This document shows positions 9,485-17,662 of a stretch of DNA of 64,000 bases, piece after piece (positions within the stretch are counted from its first letter, which is position 1; the number at the start of each line of letters is the position of its first letter). Source of the DNA: Hyphomicrobiales bacterium (GTDB lineage: Bacteria; Pseudomonadota; Alphaproteobacteria; Rhodospirillales; JACKKN01); contig JACKKN010000014.1 of assembly GCA_024236415.1 (NCBI GenBank), forward strand, positions 13,045 through 77,044, written 5' to 3'. The notes under the pieces were generated by a model that saw only the letters and a program-made list of their open reading frames with translations, ran no database searches and was not told the origin of the DNA. The translations under genes were made by a program, and so were the position numbers.

Positions 9485-10960
9485 TCAGAACCGGAATCCG
9501 ACCACGGCGATGTCGTCGACCCGGGGCGCCGTACCCTGGTGGTCGGCCAGCCGGGCCGTTAGTTCCCGGGCCTGGTCGGGCAGGGGCCGGTCCGCCGTGC
9601 GCGCCAGGGTGCGGACGAAGCGGCGCTTGCCGAACGACCGCCGGTGCGGGCCGCCGAACTGGTCCGGCAGGCCGTCGGTGGTCATGTAGTACCGGGTGCG
9701 GGCGGTGATCGGCACGCGCACGGTCTCGAACGTCCGGTCTGGCGGCACCCGGGCGAAGCCGATGCCCTGCCGGGCGCCACGGATCTCCTCGACCCCGTTC
9801 TCGCCGGCCACGAACAGGGAGAACCGGGCGCCGCAGAACAGGAACCCGCCGTCGCTGCCGTCGAAGAAACAGGCCCCCAGCTCCATGCCGTCGCGCGACC
9901 GGACCCCGTTCGGGTCCTGCATCAGGGCGGCGCGGATCAGGCCGTGCATGCGCTGGACCAGGGCCCCCAGGTCGCCCACCGGCACCGTCATCTGGGCCTG
10001 TTCCAGCGCGCCGGTGGCGATCAGCGTCATGAAGGCGCCGGGTACGCCGTGGCCGGTGCAGTCCCCCATGATCAGCAGCCACCCGCCGCCCCACGGACGC
10101 AGCCAGTAGATGTCGCCGCCGACCACGTCGCGCGGCTCCCAGATCACGAAATGGTCGGCGAACAGGGACTCGAAGGCGCCGGGCGCCGGCAGCACTGCAC
10201 GCTGGATGTGGCTGGCGTATTCGATGCTGGCGTGGATCTCGGCGGTGCGCGCCTTGACCAGCTCTTCCAGGTGGGCCTGGTATTCGGCGATCTGGCGGTC
10301 GGCGCTTTCCTGGTAGGTCTGCATGTCGTTGTAGGCACGCACCACGACGCCGATCTCGTCGCGGCTGTTCCAATCGACCTTCTGGCGCGCGCGGCCGGAC
10401 CGCGCGTGCTCGATGGCCGCCCGCAGCTTGGCCAGGGGGCGGCCGACGAACAGGCGGGTGGAAATCGAGGTGGCGCCGACCAGGGCCACGAACAGGGTCA
10501 GCAGGATCATGCCGTTGAAGCGGGCGTACTGGGCCAGGGCGGCGTTGATGTGGTCGTCCTTCACCGTCAGCACCAGGCGGCCCACCACCTGCCTGCGGCC
10601 GCCCTGGGCGAACACCACGTCTCCGGTACGCCGGAATTCGGGCTCGGCCGGCGGGCGGGCGATCTGACCCCGCGCGCTGAGCAGGGCGCCGTTGGTGTCG
10701 TACAGGGCGATGCTCTCGACCAGGGACAGCTCCTTGATTTGCGCCATCAGGATCTCGATGGCCCCGGTGTCGAATTCCCACACCGGGCCGGCGAAGGCCT
10801 TGGTCTCGACGGCCATCAGGTTGTCCAGCTCGGCCAGCAGGGCGGCCTTGCTCTCCTGGTGGAAGCGCCACGACTGGAACCCGAAGACCACGAGCTCGGC
10901 CACCAGCACGAGGGGGATGTAGACCGCGAGGGTCTTGAGCGCGAGCCTGTTCAGCCGCAA
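9485..10960 (-). CDS. membrane HAMP-domain PP2C/SpoIIE-type protein phosphatase (SiaA-like)
   Basis: ORF 9485..11140. I place the start at TTG 10960 (GGGAGA, 6-nt spacer, TTG; LRLNRLALKTLAVYIPLVLV...), because the upstream ATGs add an Arg/Pro-rich leader. Two TM segments flank a periplasmic-size loop, followed by a HAMP-like linker and a coiled coil. The PP2C motifs are VVGGDIYWL, IMGDCTGHGVPGAF, YMTTDGLPDQ and VDDIAVVGFRF. The start codon is uncertain. Confidence 0.8.
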   Translation of the reverse strand: MRLNRLALKTLAVYIPLVLVAELVVFGFQSWRFHQESKAALLAELDNLMAVETKAFAGPVWEFDTGAIEILMAQIKELSLVESIALYDTNGALLSARGQIARPPAEPEFRRTGDVVFAQGGRRQVVGRLVLTVKDDHINAALAQYARFNGMILLTLFVALVGATSISTRLFVGRPLAKLRAAIEHARSGRARQKVDWNSRDEIGVVVRAYNDMQTYQESADRQIAEYQAHLEELVKARTAEIHASIEYASHIQRAVLPAPGAFESLFADHFVIWEPRDVVGGDIYWLRPWGGGWLLIMGDCTGHGVPGAFMTLIATGALEQAQMTVPVGDLGALVQRMHGLIRAALMQDPNGVRSRDGMELGACFFDGSDGGFLFCGARFSLFVAGENGVEEIRGARQGIGFARVPPDRTFETVRVPITARTRYYMTTDGLPDQFGGPHRRSFGKRRFVRTLARTADRPLPDQARELTARLADHQGTAPRVDDIAVVGFRF

Positions 10961-11160
10961 TGCCTGTCTCCCCGCGCCGGTCGGCGGCGGCCGGGGTCGG
11001 GATCGCACCCGACGGGGCGGCGCCGGGTCTTTCCCGTACCGGCCGCGCATGCAACCGACGGGCGTTAAAGTCCGACGGTCTTGTCGCTCCTGACCAATCA
11101 GCCTACCATGTTGTTCACGCAACGCGGAAGCGGGAAACACGGCGGCGGAAGGAGTTGGCG

Positions 11161-11919
11161 ATGACCCGTGCCGGGCTGGTCTGTCTGTTGGCGGGCCTGA
11201 TGGGGCTGCCCCTGTGCGCCGTTGCCGGGGACACGGTCCGGGTCGGGTTCAAGTCGGGCAAGGCGCCCTATGTAATGGCGTCGGCGCCGTACACGGATTC
11301 CGACTACGACATGACCCGCCGCCTGGGCATCGAGGTCTCGCTCGTCCAGGAGGCCCTGGCGCCGTTCGGCAAGACCGTCCACCCCGTGTACATGAATTTC
11401 CACCGCATGCCGCGCCAGTTGTTGGACGGCAAGATCGACGCCGCCTCGAACGTGCCCGGGGACCTGCCCGGGGTCCTGTACGTGGAGCGGTTCCTGCGCC
11501 TGCGCGACCACATCATCGTCCGCGCCGACCTGGGCCGCCAGGTCGCCGGCCTGGGCGACCTGACCGGGTTGCGGGTGGCCGCGTTCCAGCGGGCCAAGGA
11601 CTTCCTGGGCGACGACTACCGCGCCGCGGTCGCCACCTTCGCCAGCTACCACGAGATCGACGACCAGAAGAACCAGGTCCTGCTGTTCCTGGCCGGCCGC
11701 GCCGACGCCCTGGTCATCGAGCTGGGAATCTTCAAGTACTGGGCCAAGGCCCTGGGCGGCGAGCAGCCGGGCTACCACGCCACGCCGCTGCTGAAGGACC
11801 CGTTCTGGATCGGCGTCGGGTTCCGCGACCCGGCCCTGCGCGACCAGTTCGTCGACGGCCTGGCGCGCCTGGTCAAGTCCGGGCGCTACGACCAGATCTA
11901 CGCCGAATACCTGGACTGA
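11161..11919 (+). CDS. periplasmic solute-binding protein, family 3 (amino-acid-type), orphan
   Basis: ORF 10960..11919 trimmed to the ATG at 11161 (GGAAGGAG RBS; MTRAGLVCLLAGLMGLPLCAVAGDTVRVGF is a signal peptide). SBP_bac_3-like organisation. No adjacent permease or ATPase genes. Confidence 0.7.
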   Translation: MTRAGLVCLLAGLMGLPLCAVAGDTVRVGFKSGKAPYVMASAPYTDSDYDMTRRLGIEVSLVQEALAPFGKTVHPVYMNFHRMPRQLLDGKIDAASNVPGDLPGVLYVERFLRLRDHIIVRADLGRQVAGLGDLTGLRVAAFQRAKDFLGDDYRAAVATFASYHEIDDQKNQVLLFLAGRADALVIELGIFKYWAKALGGEQPGYHATPLLKDPFWIGVGFRDPALRDQFVDGLARLVKSGRYDQIYAEYLD

Positions 11920-11937
11920 GGTCGCCCGCCGGCCGGG

Positions 11938-13101
11938 TCAGGCCCGGCCCAGGGCCGCCACCGCGGCGGCGACGCCGGACCCGGCCAGGGGCGCCTGGGC
12001 CGCGGCCAGGCCCAGTTCGACCCCGGCCAGCACCCCGGCCAGGCGGGCATCGTTGATCTCGCCCAGGTGGCCGATGCGGAACACCTTGCCCTTCAGCGGG
12101 CCCAGCCCGTTGCCGAGCGCGATGTTCGCCGTCTCGAGGATCACCGCGCGCAGGCGGTCGGCGTCCTGCCCGTCGGGCACGCGCACGGCGGTCAGGGACG
12201 GCGAGTGCTCGTCGGGGTGGCGGCACTGCACCTCCCAGCCCCAGGCGGCCACGGCGGCGCGGGTGGCGGCGGACAGGCGCCGGTGCCGCGCGAACACGTT
12301 GGCCAGGCCCTCCTCGGCCAGCATGTCCAGGGACTCGGCCAGGCCGTACAGCAGGTTGGTGGCCGGGGTGTAGGGGAACAGGCCGTCGCCGTTCATGGCC
12401 AGCATGGGCGCCCAGTCCCAGTAGCCGCGGGGGAAGCCGGCGGTCTTGGCCGCCGCCAGGGCGCGCGGGCCGATGGCGTTGAAGCCCAGGCCCGGCGGCA
12501 GCATCAGCCCCTTCTGCGAGCCGCACACGGTCACGTCCACGCCCCAGTCGTCGGGGCGGTACTCGGTGCAGGCCAGGGACGACACCGTGTCCACCAGCAG
12601 CAGGGCGCCGTGGCCGGCCGCGTCCATGGCCGCGCGCACCTGGGGCAGGCGGCTGGCGACCCCGGTCGAGGTCTCGTTGTGCACCACCATCACCGCCTTG
12701 ACGGCGCCGTCGCGGTCGTCGCGCAGGCGGTCCTCGATGGCCTGGGGGTCGGCGCCGTGGCGCCAGTCGCCGGGCAGGACCTCGGCGACCAGGCCCAGGC
12801 GGTCGGCCAGGACGCACCACTGGGTCGAGAACTGGCCGGTCTCGGCGCACAGCACCCGGTCGCCGGGCGACAGGGTGTTGACCAGGGCCGCCTCCCAGGC
12901 GCCGGTGGCCGAGGACGGGTAGGCGACCACCGGGTACTCGGTGCCGAACACGCCGCGCAGGCGCCCCAGCACGTCGCGGGCCAGGGCCTGGAACTCGGGG
13001 CCGCGGTGGTCGATGGTCGGCCGGGCCATGGCCCGCAGCACCCGTTCGGGCACGTTGCTGGGGCCGGGGATCTGCAACAGGTGGGGGCCGGGCGCGGCCA
13101 T
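11938..13101 (-). CDS. class V aminotransferase (serine-glyoxylate / alanine-glyoxylate type)
   Basis: 387-aa ORF. MAAPGPHLLQIPGPSNVPERVLRAMARPTIDHRGPEF is a typical AGXT-family N-terminus. The PLP-lysine region CGSQKGLMLPPGLGF is present. Confidence 0.85.
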   Translation of the reverse strand: MAAPGPHLLQIPGPSNVPERVLRAMARPTIDHRGPEFQALARDVLGRLRGVFGTEYPVVAYPSSATGAWEAALVNTLSPGDRVLCAETGQFSTQWCVLADRLGLVAEVLPGDWRHGADPQAIEDRLRDDRDGAVKAVMVVHNETSTGVASRLPQVRAAMDAAGHGALLLVDTVSSLACTEYRPDDWGVDVTVCGSQKGLMLPPGLGFNAIGPRALAAAKTAGFPRGYWDWAPMLAMNGDGLFPYTPATNLLYGLAESLDMLAEEGLANVFARHRRLSAATRAAVAAWGWEVQCRHPDEHSPSLTAVRVPDGQDADRLRAVILETANIALGNGLGPLKGKVFRIGHLGEINDARLAGVLAGVELGLAAAQAPLAGSGVAAAVAALGRA

Positions 13102-13170
13102 GGCGCGTCCTCCGTCGGTTGTGTCGGTCGGCGTCAGGATAGGGGCTGGCGCGGGCCGCGTACAGGTGGC

Positions 13171-16100
13171 CTATTCGGCGGCCGCGGTGGTGGCCGGGGT
13201 GCCGGCGTCGGCGCCGGCGTCGGCGGCGCGGCCCTCGGGCCGGCGCAGCTTGTCCAGGTACAGGTAGATGACCGGGGTCAGGAACAGGGTGATCACCTGC
13301 GACACGGCCAGGCCGCCGACCACGGTGATGCCCAGCGGCGCCCGCGCCTCGGCCCCGGCGCCGTGGCCCAGGGCGATGGGCAGGGCGCCGGCAAGGGCGG
13401 CGAAGGTGGTCATCATGATCGGCCGGAAGCGCAGCAGGCAGGCCTCGTAGATGGCCGCCTCGGGGGCCATGCCCTCGCGCTGCCGCTGCAGGGCGAAGTC
13501 GATCATCATGATGGCGTTCTTCTTGACGATGCCGACCAGCATGATGACGCCGACGAAGGCGTACAGCGTCAGCGGCAGGTCGAAGGCCATCAGCGCCAGC
13601 AGCGCGCCCAGGGCCGCCGCCGGCAGGCCCGACAGGATGGTCAGGGGGTGGATGAAGCTTTCGTACAGGATGCCCAGCACCAGGTACACCACTACCACCG
13701 CCAGGAACAGCAGCAGCCCCATGTTGCGCAGCGAGTCCTCGAACGCCTCGGCGGTGCCGCCGAACTGGGCCGACAGGGAGGCCGGCATCTGGATGCGGCT
13801 TTCCAGGTCGCGCACCTGCTGGATGGCGGTGCCCAGGGACACATCGGGCGCCAGGTTGAACGAGATGGTTACCGCCGGCAGCAGGCCCTGGTGGTTGATG
13901 GCCAGGGGGCCGACCTGGGTGGTCACCCGGGTCACGGTGTCGAGGCGGATCTGCTTGCCGTTGGCGGCGGTGACGAACAGTTGCGACAGGCCCTCGGCGC
14001 TGCGCTGGTAGGCCGGGTCGACCTCCAGCACCACCGAGTACTGGGCCGACGAGGTGTAGATGGTGGAGATCTTCTTGGACCCGAAGGCGGCCGCCAGCAC
14101 CGTCTCGATGGCGCGCGCGTCGACCCCCAGGGCGGCGGCGCGGTCGCGGTCGATGCTGACCAGCACGGTCGGGCTCTTGATCTGCAGGTCGCTGGTCACG
14201 TCCTGGAAGCCCGGCAGCTTGCGGATCTCCTGGCGCATGATCTCGGCCCACTCGTTCAGCTTCTCCAGGTCCAGGTCCTGCAGGGTGTACTGGTACTCGG
14301 CGTTGCTGAGCCGCCCGCCGACCCGGATCGCCGGTGGGTTCAGCACGAAGGCGCGGATGCCGGGCACCGAGTTCAGCTTGCGCCGCAGGTCCTGGACGAT
14401 GACGTTGATGTCCTTCTCGGGGCGGTTCTCGGGGGTCTTCAGGCGCAGCAGCATGAAGCCCTGGTTGTTGGTGCGCCGGCCGCCCGAGCTGCCGGCCCGC
14501 TCCATCACCGCCTCGATGTTGGGGTCGGCGGCGGCGATGCGCGCGATCTGGTGCTGGTAGGCCACCAGGGCGTCGTAGGACGCCTCGTCGCCGGCCTGGG
14601 TGCGCACCAGCAGGCGGCCGGTGTCCTCGGCCGGCAGGAAGTCCTTCTGGATCACGGAGTACAGGTAGACGGTGGCCAGGATGGTGGCGACGAACGACAG
14701 GAACACCACGAAGCGGTGGCGCAGGCACCAGCGCAGCCCGGCGGCGTAGCCGGCCAGCATGGCGCCGTAGGCGGCCTCGGTCCAGCGGAACAGGGCGCCG
14801 TGGCTCTCCCCGTGGCGGTGCAGGAAGCGCGAGCACATCATCGGGGTCAGGGTCAGCGACACCAGCCCCGAGGCCAGCACCGCGGCGGTGATGGTCAGCG
14901 CGAACTCGTTAAGCAGGCGCCCGATCATGCCGCCCATGAAGATGATGGGGATGAACACGGCCACCAGCGAGGCGGTCATGGACAGGATGGTGAACGCCAC
15001 CTCGCGCGAGCCGACCAGGGCGGCGGCGCGGCCGTCCAGGCCCTTTTCGCGGTGGCGTACGATGTTCTCCAGCATGACGATGGCGTCATCGACCACGAAC
15101 CCCACCGACAGGGTCAGGGCCATCAGCGACAGGTTGTTGAGGCTGAATCCCATGGCGTACATGGCGCTGAAGGTGCCGATCACCGAGATCGGCAGGGCGA
15201 TCGACGAGATCACCGTCGCCATCAGGTTGCGCAGGAACACGAAGATCACCATCACCACCAGGCCGGCGGCCAGCACCAGGGTGAACTGCACGTCGTTGAT
15301 GGAGCTGCGGATGCCCACCGAGCGGTCGTACATGACCTCGATGTTGATGGCCGCCGGGATCTGCTCGCGCAGCTTGGGCAGGGCCTTGGAGATCTCGTCG
15401 ACGATGCGCACCGTGTTCGACCCCGGCTGGCGGTACACCGCCATCAGCATGCCCTGCTCGTTGCCGAAGAAGGTCGAGGACTTCTGGTTGTCGACGTCGT
15501 CGATGGCGCGGCCGATGTCCTTGATGCGCACCGGCGCGCCGTTGCGGTAGGCCACCACCAGGTCGTTGTAGCCGGCGGCCCGCTCCAGGCTGCCGGTGGT
15601 CTTGATCGACGCCTCCTGGCTGGCGCCGGCGATGGTGCCCGTGGGCAGGTTGGTGTTGCCGGCCTGCACCGCCTGCTCGACCTGCGGCAGGCTCAGGTTG
15701 CGGGTCACCAGGGCGCCCGGGTCGACCTGGATGCGCACGGCGTACCGCTGCCGGCCCCAGAACTGCACCTGGGCCACCCCGTCGATGGTCGACACCTGCT
15801 GTTGCAGCACCGTCTCGGCATAATCGTTGAGGGTCGCCACCGGCAGCGACGGCGAGCTGAGGCGCAGGTAGTAGATGGCGAAGTTGGCCGGGTTGCGCTT
15901 GCGCAGGGACGGCGTCTCGGGCATGTCGTCGGGCAGGGCCCGCTGCGCCGCCGAGATGGCGGTCTGGATGTCCAGCGCCGCGGCGTCGATGTCGCGGTCG
16001 AGTTCGAATTCCAGGGTCACGCTGGTCGAGCCCAGGGAACTGACCGAGGTCATCTTGCGGATGCCGGCGACCTGGGCGAACTGGTTCTCCAGCGGCGTCG

Positions 16101-16290
16101 CCACCGAGGCGGCCATGGTTTCGGGGCTGGCGCCGGGCAGGCTGGCGCTGACCTCGATCACCGGGAAGTCCACGTTGGGCAGCTCGGCGATGGGCAGGGC
16201 GCGGTAGGCGATGATGCCGAACAGCACCAGGGCGGTCATCACCAGGGTGGTCATCACCGGGCGATGGATGCAGACCTCGGGCAGCCTCAT
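13171..16290 (-). CDS. RND efflux transporter, inner-membrane permease (AcrB/MdtB/C family)
   Basis: 1039-aa ORF. The N-terminus ...CIHRPVMTTLVMTALVLFGIIAYRALPIAELPNVDFPVIEVSASLPGASPE is a canonical RND start. The 12-TM layout with two large periplasmic loops is evident from hydrophobicity. Confidence 0.95.
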   Translation of the reverse strand: MRLPEVCIHRPVMTTLVMTALVLFGIIAYRALPIAELPNVDFPVIEVSASLPGASPETMAASVATPLENQFAQVAGIRKMTSVSSLGSTSVTLEFELDRDIDAAALDIQTAISAAQRALPDDMPETPSLRKRNPANFAIYYLRLSSPSLPVATLNDYAETVLQQQVSTIDGVAQVQFWGRQRYAVRIQVDPGALVTRNLSLPQVEQAVQAGNTNLPTGTIAGASQEASIKTTGSLERAAGYNDLVVAYRNGAPVRIKDIGRAIDDVDNQKSSTFFGNEQGMLMAVYRQPGSNTVRIVDEISKALPKLREQIPAAINIEVMYDRSVGIRSSINDVQFTLVLAAGLVVMVIFVFLRNLMATVISSIALPISVIGTFSAMYAMGFSLNNLSLMALTLSVGFVVDDAIVMLENIVRHREKGLDGRAAALVGSREVAFTILSMTASLVAVFIPIIFMGGMIGRLLNEFALTITAAVLASGLVSLTLTPMMCSRFLHRHGESHGALFRWTEAAYGAMLAGYAAGLRWCLRHRFVVFLSFVATILATVYLYSVIQKDFLPAEDTGRLLVRTQAGDEASYDALVAYQHQIARIAAADPNIEAVMERAGSSGGRRTNNQGFMLLRLKTPENRPEKDINVIVQDLRRKLNSVPGIRAFVLNPPAIRVGGRLSNAEYQYTLQDLDLEKLNEWAEIMRQEIRKLPGFQDVTSDLQIKSPTVLVSIDRDRAAALGVDARAIETVLAAAFGSKKISTIYTSSAQYSVVLEVDPAYQRSAEGLSQLFVTAANGKQIRLDTVTRVTTQVGPLAINHQGLLPAVTISFNLAPDVSLGTAIQQVRDLESRIQMPASLSAQFGGTAEAFEDSLRNMGLLLFLAVVVVYLVLGILYESFIHPLTILSGLPAAALGALLALMAFDLPLTLYAFVGVIMLVGIVKKNAIMMIDFALQRQREGMAPEAAIYEACLLRFRPIMMTTFAALAGALPIALGHGAGAEARAPLGITVVGGLAVSQVITLFLTPVIYLYLDKLRRPEGRAADAGADAGTPATTAAAE

Positions 16291-17489
16291 GACCGGGTCT
16301 CCTGGGCCACGGTGGGCCCGCTCTTGCCGTCACCCTTGGGCGCCACCTTGGCGCCCTTGAAAAGGCGCAGCTGGCCGTCGGTGACCACGGTCTCGCCGGC
16401 CTCGACCCCGCTGGTCAGGACCGTCAGGTCCTCCACCTCGGGGCCGGTGGTGACGGCGCGCAGGACCGCGGTCTTGTCGTCGCCGACCACCCACACGAAC
16501 AGGCCCGTCTGGTTGATCTGGATCGACCGCGACGGCACCAGCACCGCCTCGTCCAGGGTCCTAAGCAGCACCCGGGCGCGGGCGAACTGGCCCGGCACCA
16601 GGCGCTCGTCGGCGTTCTCGAAGCTGGCCAGCAGCTCGATGGTGCCGGTGCTGGCGTCGACCTGGTTGTTGATGAAGAACAGCTTGCCGGTGGCCACCAC
16701 CCCGTCGCTGGCCTGGGTGCTGAGGTCCACGCTCAGGGTCTCGCCGGCCATGCGCCGGCGCAGCTCGTCCAGGTGCCGCTCGGGCAGGCTGAAGGAGACG
16801 TAGACGGGCTTGGTCTCGGTGATCACCAGCAGCGGGGTCTCGTTGGCCTTGACGATGTTGCCCACCGACACCGGCAGGTTGCCCACCCGCCCGTCGATGG
16901 GCGAGCGGATGGTGGCGTAGGCCAGGTTCAGGTTGGCCAGCTCCACCGCCGCCTCCGAGGCGCGGACCGAGGCCCGGGTGGTGTCCACCAGGGTCGCGGC
17001 GTCGTCCAGCCGGGTCTGCGGCGAGAAGCCCTTGGCCGACAGGATCTTCAGGCGCTTGAAGTCGGCCACCGCCTTGTCGTGGTTGACCTTGTCGCGGGCC
17101 AGGGCGGCCTCGGCCTCCTTCAGGCGCGCCTGCAGGGGGCGGGCGTCCAGGCGGAACAGCACGTCGCCCCGGTGCACGGTCTGCCCTTCGCGCACCAGGG
17201 CCTCGATCAACTGGCCCTCGATCTGCGACTTGACCGAAACGGTGGAACGGGCCTTGACCGTGCCCACCCCCTCCAGGTGGATGGGCACGGCGCGCAGGAT
17301 CGCCTGGGCCACCCGCACCGGCACCGGCCGGGCCTTGGCGCCGGCCGCCTTGGGCTGGGCCTCGGGGGTCGGCACCAGGAAGGCCGGCAGCCAGGGCGCC
17401 AGGGCCTGGCGGGCGTCGGGGAACAGGAGCGCCCCGCCTGCCAGGACGCAAAGCAGCAGCAGGCCGTTGAGCAGTCGTTTCACCATCAA
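16287..17489 (-). CDS. RND efflux periplasmic adaptor (membrane fusion protein)
   Basis: 400-aa ORF with an N-terminal anchor (MMVKRLLNGLLLLCVLAGG) and a coiled-coil hairpin region. Lipoyl and beta-barrel motifs are present (IRSPIDGRVGNLPVSVGNIV). 4-nt overlap with the pump gene. Confidence 0.9.
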   Translation of the reverse strand: MMVKRLLNGLLLLCVLAGGALLFPDARQALAPWLPAFLVPTPEAQPKAAGAKARPVPVRVAQAILRAVPIHLEGVGTVKARSTVSVKSQIEGQLIEALVREGQTVHRGDVLFRLDARPLQARLKEAEAALARDKVNHDKAVADFKRLKILSAKGFSPQTRLDDAATLVDTTRASVRASEAAVELANLNLAYATIRSPIDGRVGNLPVSVGNIVKANETPLLVITETKPVYVSFSLPERHLDELRRRMAGETLSVDLSTQASDGVVATGKLFFINNQVDASTGTIELLASFENADERLVPGQFARARVLLRTLDEAVLVPSRSIQINQTGLFVWVVGDDKTAVLRAVTTGPEVEDLTVLTSGVEAGETVVTDGQLRLFKGAKVAPKGDGKSGPTVAQETRS

Positions 17490-17662
17490 TCAAGATTCCA
17501 AGCGCGCGCCACGCGACCGTTCCGCGGCACCGGGCACCGGGCGGGATCGCGTGCCGTGGGCGGCCGGGCCGCCACACCATCTTTTCAACATGGGAACAAT
17601 TCGCAGGTCCGGTCACAGTTTACAGCAAAAGCGGCGAAAAGACGCAAATGATTCTCACCTGG

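Noticed and set aside
12067-16803. 1578-aa ORF on the plus strand spanning the aminotransferase, RND pump and adaptor region
   Set aside because: It is antisense to three well-supported genes. Its translation is Gly/Arg/Ala/His/Gln-rich low-complexity sequence (e.g. GGGGQAPVPREHVGQALLGQHVQGLGQ) with no motifs. This is the classic open antisense frame of a very GC-rich genome.
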